A DNA stretch of 61,070 nucleotides, filler included, from Catajapyx aquilonaris (Eukaryota), in assembly GCA_000934665.2 (NCBI GenBank). It is 3 parts of 3 records of this genome, joined end to end, with 100 filler letters (N's around TTAATTAATTAA, not from the genome) between each part and the next. Parts side by side here need not be neighbours in the genome. Positions count along the whole stretch, not along the records: positions 40,786 to 61,070 come from JYFJ02006301.1; 2 more parts are not named here. One strand, 5' to 3'. Position numbers and translations under genes: made by a program. Shown here piece by piece: positions 49,241 to 61,070 of the stretch. The number at the start of each line of letters is the position of its first letter. Within the stretch, counting starts at the first letter, position 1. A model generated the notes under the pieces. That model searched no databases. It was not told where the DNA came from and saw only the letters and a list, made by a program, of their open reading frames with translations.

Positions 49241-50121
49241 TCACAGGCCTTCCTCTAAGGCTGGAGTGTCACAGTTCCCTCCGCCTTGGAACTCATCCCA
49301 AAGGTCATTGAAGACCCCCTGCATCAGGCCGATGTGCGGCCTGTTGTTGGAGATCAGGCAGTGCTCCCAGTTCCCGTAGATGGCTTGGTTGGTCCAGTTC
49401 AGGGAGCCCATCATGCAGTACTTTCCATCCATTATCACAAACTTGTTGTGCATGATGTACGACCCTTTCTTAGTTGCCACGGGTATACCTGGAATATAAA
49501 GATCACTTTATATAACAACAAGGTGTCTTTTCCCTCAATCAGCGGCATGCAAGCCATCCTCAGACGCACCTGCGTCACTGAAACGCCGCACCTGCGACAT
49601 GGTGGCAGTGACGTGGTCGTACTCTGTGATGATTCACACTTCAACTCCCCTCCTCTTGGCACGAATAGTGGCCTCGCTCAGCAGCATATGGGTAATGAGG
49701 CACATGCAGATGTCCAGCGTCTTCTCTGTCCGATCCAGGAAGCCAATGATGGTCCTGCAAAGGAATCGATTAGATATGTGCAAGTGATACGTCAATGCGG
49801 ATCGTACACAACGTGGTCTGCCTTGTGTATAAAGGGAGTCATGTCGATGTCCACCTCCTCCTTGAAGCCCCACTCCGGCTTCCCCATGCATGGGAAGAAC
49901 ATGGCATACTCCATGGGGATCACCCCCACGCCGTACTCCCTCTCCTGCTCCCTCCTGGCCTTCTCCGCCTTCTTCCTCCTGACCCTCCTCTCCTTCCTGG
50001 CCTCCCGCTTATTCCTCCGTACCACCCACCTCTTCACAATGCGGTATGTCAAGTACGCCGCACTCACGCATCCGACACGCACCAACATCGCAGTAACATC
50101 ACCCATCTTGCTCCCCTTCAT
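49241..50121 (-). CDS. zuc: Zucchini/PLD6-like (mitochondrial cardiolipin hydrolase family) with an in-frame TGA at 49636-49634; possible pseudogene or null allele
   Basis: Exons 50121-49808, 49754-49570, 49488-49241 (GT-AG, phases match); N-terminal hydrophobic anchor plus basic tract, FFP, LDICM, RGVEV*IIT, HKD motif MHNKFVIMD, GSLNWT..GNWE. Confidence 0.88.
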
Positions 50122-50164
50122 CCTCAACCTGCAATTAATCAGCATGGATTAGAAGTAAGCCTGT

Positions 50165-50700
50165 TTGGGCAAATATCATCAACAGTTTGTTTGTTTGTCC
50201 AGACTCGGTTGCCATGGACAGACAGACAAGGTTGTTTCCACGGGTAAGGTAATTAACTGTTTGTTCGTTTGTCCAGGGTTTCGTTGCCATGCACAGACTA
50301 GGCTGTTTCCGCAAGGTAATGCAATCAACAGTTTGTTTGTTTGTCCAGGGTTTGGTTGCCATGGACAAACTTCCATATGGGTAACGTGATCAGCAGTTTG
50401 TTCGTTCAGACTTGGTTTGCCATGGACACACAAACAGTCATGCAAGGCATCTGTTTCCATTGGCAAGATAATCAACAAGTTCGTCTGCATGTTTGTCCAT
50501 GGTTTGGTTGCCATGGACAGAGAAACTATAATATATATCCATAGAGCAATGCCATCAACAAGTCTGTTTGACTGTTTGTCCAGATTTGGGTTGCCATGGA
50601 CAAGCAAACGGGCAAAAAAAACTAGGCACTTTCCATGGGTAATGTTATTCAACATCAGTTTGTTTGTCCAGATTTTGGGTTGCCATGGACAGACAAACAC
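50165..50700. repeat. Degenerate tandem array (7 units, ~60-90 bp) with GTTGCCATGGAC and TGTTTGTTTG motifs in the putative zuc 5' UTR intron
   Basis: TTGCCATG at about 50209, 50284, 50356, 50417, 50508, 50591 and 50680. Confidence 0.85.
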
Positions 50701-50762
50701 ACTTTTTTCCCCTTATATAAGTGCGTGTAATGTTATGTGGGTATGTAGACCCCTTTTTGTAC

Positions 50763-51380
50763 CTTCCTGTGTCCAGTACCAGCACCCAGAAGACTTCGAA
50801 AAGATCGAAACGTTGAGCAGAAGAACCACGGAACTTTCGTTTCACTTTCTTAAGATGGCGGCCCTGCCGTTCGAATTTGAAGAGCAATGTTGCCAGATCG
50901 ACATATTTATTTGAGGGGAAAAACTGGAACTGCAAACAAAAACAATGAGTATGTAACAATATTATTTTTTAATGTAAAATTATTCACAATATTTTTAAAT
51001 ACAAATTTATTAATAATTCGCATGTCAACCGAACGGGAGAAAGCACGGGAGAAAGTAATAATATGTCAAGTTGCTACTTAAAATGATAGCTATTAGTTTT
51101 CCCTAATAACATCCTCAGCGATCTTCAGTTAGCTTATTTGTTCTGTTCAAAAACTACCTCACCGATGACATCACCCTGTCTGCCGCTCCATATCTGCTCC
51201 ATATGATGTGAATTTTAGAACACGCCCTTGGTTTCCAGCACCAGCAGTCCAGCAGACGGCCGTCTCCCACCTTCTGGCTTGCATGTCTTTTTTCCTCTCT
51301 TCTGCTTGCTCTCCTGCTCATGCCATCATAAGCTGCTAACAATGCTGTTATAACTAGTATAGCTAGTATAACTATAAGTC
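50763..51380. promoter_or_regulatory. Probable bidirectional promoter between the zuc-like and RTN4IP1-like genes
   Basis: Head-to-head genes; YY1-type AAGATGGCGGC at ~50852; minus-strand donor AAG|GTACAA at 50762. Confidence 0.45.
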
Positions 51381-51383
51381 ATC

Positions 51384-54300
51384 ATGGGAAGTACCACGGA
51401 GAACATGTTTTCACCAGTGCCTGTGCAGAATGACACAGCCAAGGTAATAAGCTGTTAGCTAGATGTGGGTGACATAGTTGCAGTATTTTACCAAACCTGA
51501 GGTGTGGTTTTTCAAATGCGTTACAGGTACCGTTAAGTGGGTTGCACCAGTCGGCAAGGCAGGCTTTACAGCGCATACAGGAAGCTGTCCGGCACTTGTG
51601 GTCACACCACATTCGAGAAAAGGCTCAAGATGCATGGGACTTTGTTCTTGATGGTTACGACGAGATTTGCTGGCATCTGGAAACTTTTCGCTTCCGCAAC
51701 CTTTATGATCGCTGCATCTTTTTTCTCACCACCGAAGGTCAGCAGCCAGGGGGGTTTGGTGAGATAGTCCAGTTCATTTGGGTGTTGTTTGTTACCACAT
51801 TCCAACAATACGATTTTGCCGTATATATTTTTAAATGCATTTGCCGTAAAATTCAATATAGTCACATGGCACTAATTGGCAGTGAGAGTGCACATGACAG
51901 AGGCTTTGCAAAATCAGGTACCATACAGTGGGTTTAAAAAATTACATTAGGTTGTGTCGGGGACACAAGCCACAGCTTTTGCAGGCTCAACCCACATTAT
52001 GTTTCACTTTTCTCGACTAGAATGGCGGGGGCATGCAGGCGTGGATACGTCTTTAAAATCGGATCAGGGGGCATGCAACCAAACTCGAGCGTTACAGAAA
52101 AGCGTCGGTTATAATAGACTCGGTTATAATAGACAAACGCTTTTCTCACTCAAATTTGCCTGCATGCCCCCGCCATGGGCCCCCTGGCGGGGGCCCCTGG
52201 CAGGGCCCTGCTGTAACGCTTTTCTGTAACGCTCGAGTTTGCCTGGATGGCCCCTGATCTGATTTTAAGGGGGCGCATTAGCAAAAAAATATGGTAACAA
52301 TCGGTAACAATGCGAGCCCTTGGCGACCATGTAAACAAACTCACGTATGCATGGACAGCATATGGGGATTCGACATGTCTACGCTTCTGCGGCCGCACGG
52401 TGCAATGGACACAAAAATTACACCAAAAAATAGGACATGATCTGGCGCAGGGCACCTTTGTCGTCATTTTACCATTTTCGGCCTAGAAGTGACCTTTTCA
52501 TTGAGTTGAAGTGAAAGGAAAATGGGGTTCCCGAGAAGCCCATTTGAATAACATGGCGGCAGGAACGTGACAAAGTCAGGAACGCTTCTGCGCCCGTATG
52601 TCCACAATTTTAATGCAATCATATCGAGTATGGTACCATAGTAAAGGCCAAACCTTTGCGCAGGGCACCTTCGTCGTGATTTTTCCGATTAACGGTGCGT
52701 TTCGCCACAAAATATATAATTCCCTCAAAAATGCGCCTACCGTATTTTTACTAATGCGCCCCCTTAAAGGCATGTTCAACTTGTCAGAATATGGAGACTG
52801 GTCTGCAAGATGAGTACAAAGAAGCCAGTCGCAGGCAAAAATGTTTTGTGTTCAAGGTCACACAAGCTTAGGTGAATGTATCTGACAAATTGTCTAAATA
52901 CTCGTTTAAAATGTCATTAACTGTTGACTAATTTTATGAACAAAATGGTGTAAATTATATGCACATAATTGGTAGAAATTCGTAGAAAAATCTTAAAACG
53001 CTTATTCAGTTGGTCTATACATAGTTGAGAGAGTCAGAATAATTGGCATTTATCGCGGGGCCTGGCAGTAATTAGGGAGGGAAACCCCAGTGAGAGAGAA
53101 TCAAAGGTAGCGCCTCGCTGCTCTTATCGAAGACGAAGGCGCACATGTTGTTAACAGATACCGTAGTTTCGGGAGTACTTTTTACCAGATGTGTGTGTAT
53201 AATTACCAGTAGACCTAAGTTATGTGTTCTTCGTAATGAAAAAACGAACATACCGGTATGTGTTCGTTTCAAGAATCTCACATATGATGCAAGAATGAAT
53301 TTTTATTATATTATAAGGTACCTGATGGTAATATGGCCAAGCTAATCTTTGGCTAATTTTTAAAAACAAAGTACGGTATCTTGTCAGCGGCGGATTTCCC
53401 ATTAGGCACAGTAGGCACTGGCCTAGAGGCGGCCAGGAGTTGCAATAAATAATATTTCTCAAATACAATAATAGGAAATTAAGGCGAGATCACAAAGAAA
53501 ATCGCATTTTTGAGAGCTTCATTTACCACTACAGGCAGAAAAGGTAATTGCCGAAGGGCGGCCATAACTTTCAATTTATTATTTTAAAATAAAATAACGT
53601 TAAATGAAGGAGAGAACACAATAAAAAAATTGCATTTTTAATCGTCAGGTCCCGGGGGGGGGGGGGGGGGGGAAAANTACCTGCTGTCCAACAAGAATTG
53701 TCGCAGCGGCAGCGCACGAACTACAGTCTCTCGTGTCCCTGTGCTCGTAGATTGTAGTTCGTGCGCTGCCGCTGCGACAATTCTTGTTGGACTGATAGGA
53801 CATTGGAACCTTGCTAGTGGACGAAAAAAATAATCCTACGTATAGCTGAAAGGGAACAGTGGAAAAAATATTTTTGCCCAAAGGTCTGCCATTTGGCCAT
53901 ATTAAAAACATGTGATGTTAATATTTTTTTTATTCATACCCCGTTATCAGCCTTTTCCGGCTCTTTAGGGGGGAAGTTTTCTTTTTGCCTGGAACTCTTT
54001 GCTTTCATTTTACTGCTCTTTTTGGGATGGGATAGGGACGGAAGGAAACGGCTGTGGCCTGTTAATTACGGAAACAACTCCGGAATTTTCCTGGAAGGAC
54101 CGTGGGAAACCACAGAAAACCACGGTCAGAGTTGCCGGCCCCGGGATTCGAACCCAGGACCTCCCGATTAGCAGTCGGATGCCTTATCCACTATGCCAAC
54201 CTGCTTCGGTCATGTGATGTTAATATAGCCAACAAACTTTCGCTCGCCTAAAAATATATTCATAAATATTTAGCAGAGTAACTGTTTTTTTGTTGTAACT

Positions 54301-57300
54301 CCTTACATGAAGATTAAGTTAGGTAATAGAAACTAAGGAAAAAATTGAATTGCATAAGTACTTATCAAATAAATGCCACTGCATTGCCACTGCAATAAGA
54401 ATGGAAGGAAGTAAGGAAAAGCTGAGAATGGAAGACTCAAAAATCAATGCAATTTTTTTCCCCCTTAATGTCCTTACATTCTCCTTCTGCGAAGGCCTCT
54501 TCTTCATAGGTTTCTTTTGTTTCTTTCTAATATGGCCAACATGGCCATAATTGCAACCCAGGCGATTTTACAGAATATCCTAAATTAAGGCGTCAGAGTT
54601 GGAGTAACTCAAATCACAATGAGTGTACTGGAATAAGCAATAAAATGTGCATATGAAACAATCGCACAATTGAAACTGAACGCCAATGGGACATGAAAAC
54701 AAAGGCCAACGTACGTTCAGAAATTAAGAAGGCACTTTGCTCTATACGATTCTCTCTGCAATATGGCGGGCTGGCGCCGAACTGCGCGGCGCCAAGTGAT
54801 GATATTCGGCACCACCCCTCTAGAGACCTGCCTGAACACCATGCAGGCACTATCTCCCTGATTCCGCTGTAACTAACCGAGATACAGTCCATTGGCCATA
54901 TTACCTTCTACGGCCATATTATCATCAGGGACCTTATTATAGTGGCCAAAAAAAATATGAAAAAATGACAATGTGCATGGTCTTCCCAAGTGCAGGGCCT
55001 GGGGCAGGGCCCCCTCTTGTGCCCCCCCCCCCTCCCCCCAGGGGTGGCTGTGGCTAGAGATGTGAACCATCATTTGGCTGTAATGAATTTTGTGCATGAT
55101 TAATTTGAAATAATTATGGCCAAATAATACTTTGGAATGTAGCTACAGATGAAAATGATATCTAGTGAATTCAAGTTTAAAATGGTATCCCCATTGTCCC
55201 TGTCTATTTCCACTTTGCAGTGACTCGAACCAGCTTATGTGTAGGATGCATTGGCTTTGCTGTTGGAGGTCTCTTTGGGCTCTACGTTGGGTTTGCTCTT
55301 CGGCGACGTGCTGCCATCACTCCTCGAATGAAAGCTGTTGTTTGCAATGCCTATCAAGGATTGGACGTAAGTAGGACATTTTTTTAGTGTGCTATAGGCT
55401 TGCCCATGAATTTGGGAGTAAAAATGGTGCTATCCTTGTTATTCTTGAGTGTAAAAATTATGTTGGAGATGGTTTAAAAGTAATAAATCGGAAATGGTGC
55501 AAATCACATGTTATTGCCTGTATGTGTGCACCTATTTCTGCTATGGTACATGTTCTGACAGTGAGTAAGATTTGTTGAGCCTCTCATACCTTGTAGGGTG
55601 TGACATTGATTGATGACATGCCTCTACCACAAATTACGGATCCGGACCAAGTGTTGATTCAGGTGAAAGCTGCCTCCATAGACGTGGTGGACCTGAGAAT
55701 ATGTACAGGATATTGTCGGGCGCTTCGTCGAATAGTCTCACCGGTGAGTTCGCACCTGCACAATAATTAATCTCATTAAAACTGACATCTTGTTGTGGTC
55801 TGTTGCAGAGTCAAGATGGTGAGTTTCCATTTGTCCTTGGGCGGGAAGCATCAGGAGTGGTACTCGAGACAGGTCAGGAAGTACGCCGGTTGGAAGTAGG
55901 TGATGAAGTGTGGCTATGCACTCCCATATTTGCCCCTGGGCTCATGGCAGAGTTTGTGGTGGTGAAGGAAAGGCATGTGGCTAGGAAGCCACGACACTTG
56001 TCCTTTGAAGTGGCTGCTACTCTGCCATACACCGTGTCGCAAGCTTGGACTCACCTGGTGGGACGGGGTCGAATACGCCCATATTCTTCCCGTGGGAAAA
56101 GGTCAGTCTTTCCTGCAGCAGCAAAGCATTATGCTTTTCATTATTTTTCCCCCTGCTTGAAACCAGCACTTTCCAACGGTCCACTAAGTCGTGAAGCGGC
56201 GATTTATTGTGCATGGCAGGGTGCTGATTTATGGTGGTGGCAGTGCTGTTGGTTGCACAGCCATGCAACTGGTGAAGGCTTGGGGAGGTCATGTGACAGC
56301 CACTGCTTCTACACGCTCCTTGCCTGTTGTGCAGACACTAGGTGCAGATGATGTACTGCTCCACACATTACCTGCAGCAGGAATTGAAATGGAATTGGCC
56401 GCCAAAGAAAAGTAAGTCACATGAGAAAGGCATACACAAGAGTGACTTTGAGACAACCTGATTATTAATTGGGTATTGGCTTCAATATTACATTATTTGC
56501 TGAAAGTCATATTCTATTAATAATACACAGTTCATAATATTTCACTGCCACAGTATCTGTCACAGTCACTGAAAAGTATCTGAAACATTGATGTTGTCAT
56601 TTTCAGGTTTGACCTGGTTTTAAATACAAATGACCCAATTCATCGCAATGACTCTGCATTGTCCTTGTTGCGCTTCTGCAAACCACGAGGACTGGTAGTG
56701 ACCACTTCACCATCACCACTTGCTTCAGATGACTTTGGATTTTTCCTGGGCTTACTCAATTCCTTGTGGATCCGTGTTAGATGTTTGCTACAGAAAGTAA
56801 GTTTTTTGCATTTTAAATCATTAAAGGTCTGAACTCATATCGACTTGAAACTACGACTTCTGCGTCAAAGTCGTACTTTTGCATGTGCGTTTCCATGGCC
56901 TTGTTTGCTTGGGAAAGAGGGCTGTTTCCATATCGACTTGTGCGTCAAAGTCGAACTTGTGCGTCAAAGTCGAACTTATGCGTGTTCGAATCCATCCCGC
57001 CGCGCCGGATGCGCATGCGTGTGCAGTTCCATCCCTGAGGGCACATGCGCAGTATGTCGTGCAGTACGATAATCGAAAAGTGCCAACAATCGAATGTCAA
57101 CAATAATTATATTGACCACGTTCCAGTTTCGTACCTCTAGCGGCGCAATCCGGCATCATGTCAAAATGTCGGCGAAATGCGATCATGCGCGGGAGTCTCG
57201 TATTACCTGCCCATTGTGATTGTGGATGGACTCTGCTTGTCCGCATCTGGTGGTCTGGCCCCAGGGCAGATCATACTGAGATTTTTTTTTTAATGTGAGG

Positions 57301-58947
57301 AGGGACCTGCCTTCCCTTTCCGTGTGTCTAAAGTCAATCGGCCTCATGTCAGCCTGCCCCTTGAGCGAATTTTGAGTCGATTGCGACTTGCTCTCTATTA
57401 CCTTCCCATTGTGAATGGCAATGGGATCTTCTCTAGCACGTGTGGTGGTCTGGTGGTGTGGAGGTCTGGATACGGGGCAGACCAGCCCGATATTTTTTGA
57501 GAAGTGATGAAGACGAGGGACTACTATTATTTTGGCTATTGGGTTTTCATTAGATTATTTTTTGAAATGTTTAATGAAACTTTCTTTGGTAATGACACTA
57601 CATCTACATGTAACACTCTTCTTGTCCATGGAATTTCATCACTATTACCATGTTCCTTAGGTCACTCGTAAATCATGATAATGAGCATTCCGTTTGTCTG
57701 AACGTAATTTTTGACCTTGGGGCAGTCAAAAAAACATATTTCTCGAAATAGTTGGGCCATTCCGAATCAAGAGAGCGAAAGAATGTTGCTCGACCATCTC
57801 GGATTTCGCAGGGAAAAAATCACTGCAGTACAGAACTATGACATAACGCTGCATATCAAGTTTCAGTCATATTGCGAAAGACTACCGCGCGTGGTCAGGG
57901 GGTGCGCCCCAGATTTTGGAAGGAGGTGAAAAGGAGGCCTTTTTAGGGGCATTTTTATTCGTTGTTGGAAGTGGTCAGAACTTAATGAACATATTATACA
58001 AAGAAGGAGGAAGACGAGGAAAACGCAACTTTGTAATAGGCCTACTGTTGGCTTTTTCGTGAAAGATGATCAGCAGCCTGTTGGTCAGACCGGCAGATGC
58101 TGACGACCAGGCCCCATCCACAATGGGCAGGCAATACGAGACTCCAGTGGATGATAGCATTTCGTCGCTCTTTGACGGCCAGCCAGATTTCGCCTGTATA
58201 CAGGCGGGAAACTTGAAAGTGGTCAATTGGCAGGGTGCCAAAAGAAGGGGGCAGTGGGTGTGGCAAGCAGGGGAGACCCATGTGACCACACACGGAGACT
58301 ATGATTGGTTACCGGTCGTGCGTGAGGCATGTGCATGTGCGTAGGATCTACCTGGAACAGATCCGCGCGGTGAGTGTCAACAAGAGCCCACAACGCGTAG
58401 CAACGGTGTTGCATCGAATATTGTTGCATATCGATCGACCTGGAGCAGATCGAAGCCAAACGCACAAGGGGGGCAACAGTTGCGCGTGGTGAATGGCAAC
58501 CACAGTCAACCAATGTCAACAAGAGGCCTACACGCATGCAGAAACGGCGTTCCAACGCACGCAAAAGTACGAATTTCACACACAAGTCGGACTTTGACAC
58601 ACAAGTCGTAGTTTCAAGTCGATATGCGTTCAGACCTTAAGTGATTTGCTGATGTGTATTTTGGGGAAGTTGAACTAATGCTACAAGTTTAGGAAAGTTT
58701 TGAATTATGAATTTAATTGAGAGAAGCTGCTTGAATACCATTTTTTTGTGCATGCACATGACAGGTGGATAACTGGGAAGAATACTCTCTGAAGACCGAA
58801 GCACTGGAAGAAGCTGCCAAGCTGGCTGAGCAGGGTCTTCTTCAACCCATCCTGGACAAGTCCTACAGTGCTACAGATGCTGAATTAGCTTTCCAACATG
58901 CAGCATTAGCTGAATCTGTAGGAAAAACTGTGCTGTGGTTCAGGTAA
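51384..58947 (+). CDS. RTN4IP1: Reticulon-4-interacting protein 1-like (MDR/quinone oxidoreductase family), 8 exons, ~473 aa
   Basis: Exons 51384-51443, 51527-51737, 55221-55366, 55597-55743, 55809-56101, 56220-56411, 56607-56796, 58765-58947, all phase-compatible; motifs VLIQVKAASID, FPFVLGREASGVV, VGDEVW, AATLPY, VLIYGGGSAVG, VGKTVL. The first two exons are less certain. Confidence 0.88.
52057..52264. mobile_element. TTAA-flanked MITE sharing its right TTAA with the next element
   Basis: TTAA|AATCGGATCAGGGG..CTCGAGCGTTACAGAAAAGCGT and its reverse complement |TTAA. Confidence 0.75.
52269..52763. mobile_element. TTAA-specific MITE, same family as 18439-18951
   Basis: GGGGGCGCATTAG TIRs, TTAA TSD. 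Confidence 0.85.
53925..54210 (-). mobile_element. Full-length tRNA-derived SINE, family D
   Basis: Head TTGGCATAGTGG..GGTTCGAATCCC on the minus strand; 16-bp TSD CATGTGATGTTAATAT (53909-53924, 54211-54226). Confidence 0.9.
56825..58637. mobile_element. 1.8-kb non-autonomous PIF/Harbinger-like element in the last RTN4IP1 intron
   Basis: TAA|AGGTCTGAACTCATATCGACTTGAAACTACGACTT ... AAGTCGTAGTTTCAAGTCGATATGCGTTCAGACCT|TAA. Confidence 0.85.
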
Positions 58948-59125
58948 TACCCAAACTATGATAGTATTTCTGTTTACAGAATGCTGAGACTGCTCCTTTT
59001 GACGTGTTTTCATTAGGGCTGGAACTTTAAGTCATTGACAGTACAAATTTTTAATGTTGATCATGCCAAATAAACAACAGAGCATTAGACCATATTATAA
59101 GTGGCATTTTAAATGCCTCTAGTGC

Positions 59126-59404
59126 AGCAGTTCTCAACCTATGCCACATTGGGCCCCCCTGGAAAGTAATTTCAGATATTGTCCCCCCTTTCCATCTCCC
59201 ACCCATCTAGGCAGTATGACAGCACGACTACTTCACTACTAGTAAGTAGTCCAGTGAGTAGTTTAGGAATGTACAGAAGTACTGCATTTACTTACCTAAT
59301 CAGTGCGACTTTTGCGCCTGTTTTGATTAACATACATTTTTTATTCCCCCCCCCCCCCCCCNCCCGGTCCCCCCTTCGTGTGCCCCACTGGTTGAGAACC
59401 ACTG
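59126..59404. mobile_element. hAT (Charlie-like) MITE in the RTN4IP1 3' region
   Basis: CAGCAGTTCTCAACC ... GGTTGAGAACCACTG. Confidence 0.6.
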
Positions 59405-60142
59405 CTCAAGTCCCATTCATGATTTTTTTTAAAGGTTAGTGTGAAAAGATGGGCACAAAGGTTTTAATTCAGTCTGTCAAAAAGTTCTCCACTGATGAGA
59501 GACTAATAATTCAGTATCAAATGAGATGTACTATTATTTTTATAACACAATCTGCAGAACACTTCTTTTTGGCTGCATTGCCAAGATTTTTGGTGGGAAA
59601 GGGGCATAATATTGCCTACTAGAAGATGTGATGACTCAAGTATACATCATTAAGAGCATTGGGTTTCATGGCATGGAACATTTTATGTTCCAATTCATCC
59701 TGTGGATTGAAAGTGCTACTTTCCTGAAGTCTACTCTCATCACTTCGTCAATTGTACCATAAGATGTTTTACTTTAACGATGCAAGATTTAAGATGATTA
59801 CTTGCCACAATGCTTAGAACCATGCTTGAGAACTTTTTGAACAGCAACCACATGTGTCACCTTCTCATGCAGATGGCCTCCCATATTTGAATGACTGGAT
59901 TTTATAATTTCTGAAAGCAGTGTTGGTACTTTTGGCATTTAAGTTTTATACATCAAAAGGGCATTAAATTTTTTTGCGATAAAGCTACAGAACTGCCAGT
60001 TTCTATCATCATCTTGATTATAAATATATTTCAAAATAGTCCAGAACTGGAGTAGGCTGCTCTTTACATCATGGTACTGACAAAATGTGATGATGGTTCA
60101 CACTTCACCACATTTCTGTGCTTTAAAAGACAACTTTGACTA

Positions 60143-60506
60143 CTGTCTGATTTATTTCACTCCCAACAGACGTCACCAAGCCCCCTTCTCCTCCACCCGT
60201 CCACCTGTCCATGGCCTGTACTTGTTACCAACCTAACCTCACACACATGGTCACCGCTGTCACCATTAATGCAATAGTATAGTCAACGCTGTTCCTTCCT
60301 GTCCATGACAAGGGAATATGCAGAGTGTCAATGAACACTCGCATTAATAATTTATATCACAAATGTATGCCGAATGATTTAATTACAACATTGTGATACC
60401 ACATGTGTGAGGTTAGGTTGGTAACAAGTACAGTCCATGGAGGGGTGGACGGGTGGGGGAGAAGGGGGCATGGTGACGTCTGTTGGGAGTGAAATAAATC
60501 AGACAG
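60143..60506. mobile_element. Fold-back MITE (TA TSD), ~115-bp arms
   Basis: TA|CTGTCTGATTTATTTCACTCCCAACAGACGTCACCA and its perfect reverse complement |TA. Confidence 0.85.
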
Positions 60507-61070
60507 TAGCTCATAAATTTGCAGTGTTTTACTTGTTGGAACAGTATATAGGTGCCACTAGGTAGGTTCAATATTTTTCATAAACAAGCCAGTAAGATAG
60601 CAATGTGGGTGTTGCATATCCCCCGTTGGCCATGGGAGATGTGTAGGGAGCCTGCATGTGACCTTTGTCCATATGGTTTTGTTTTGTTTTTTTAGATAGG
60701 GCTGTTTTCCTCGGGATGGCAGATGTCATCTGTGCCCAAGGAAATCTATTGCTGACAAGTTAAATTGACCTGCACTGCTTTAAGTCATTGAGTATGTTGC
60801 TAAACTCAGAGGCTGCCTCAGCGGAGGTAAACAAGTCGTTGCTGAACTCATTGCTGAGAAAGCCTCAGCTGCTGCTGCAGTGATGGCAACAGTGTTTGGG
60901 ACCGCTGAGTGTAGGTGGCCAGGTGAAGAGGTTTGTTATTCAACAAGGGTTGCCAGGTGAAGCCCCTTTAGCCGCGTATTCCTTAACCCTACCTGGGCTC
61001 AACTGGCGCTTCCGAATGCGCATCACCGCTCTCCCGCCGTGACGTCACATGCGTGACGTCACATGTGGGT

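Noticed and set aside
22395..50121. Physical linkage of a piRNA-cluster-like region with the piRNA nuclease zucchini
   Set aside because: They lie on different contigs separated by an artificial linker, and the contigs appear size-sorted
49286..50152. 288-aa plus-strand ORF
   Set aside because: Antisense shadow of the zuc exons, no recognisable domain
54130..54210. tRNA gene (also the heads at 7642, 19714, 21329, 32880, 43201)
   Set aside because: Acceptor stems are imperfect and each head continues into a SINE body, most with a tail and TSD

Overview
Eukaryotic DNA, most likely arthropod/hexapod (inferred from gene and SINE content). It consists of three contigs joined by artificial 100-nt spacers (N44-TTAATTAATTAA-N44 at 20300-20399 and 40686-40785). 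The contig lengths are 20299, 20286 and 20285 nt, i.e. size-sorted, so adjacency across the spacers is probably not real. Contig 1 holds the 5' coding exons of USP47 (minus strand), with introns full of fold-back MITEs, tRNA-derived SINEs and a decayed mariner. Contig 3 is a compact four-gene block: a small spliced RBIS/C8orf59-like gene missed by the ORF track, an intronless divergent MATH-BTB (SPOP-like) gene, a zucchini/PLD6-like nuclease gene with an in-frame TGA, and an RTN4IP1-like oxidoreductase. Contig 2 has no recognisable host gene. It is a dense patchwork of short fragments from about ten unrelated transposon groups (Sola2-, Gypsy-, THAP-, Tc1/IS630-, Penelope-, Academ-, EnSpm-, LINE-, piggyBac-, hAT- and Harbinger-like). 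Every coding fragment I could recognise lies on the minus strand, including a minimal Penelope-type hammerhead ribozyme, and a ~950-bp-arm inverted repeat sits near the start. This is the architecture expected of a uni-strand (flamenco-like) piRNA source locus and is the main lead. All family assignments come from motif recognition by eye, not from database searches.
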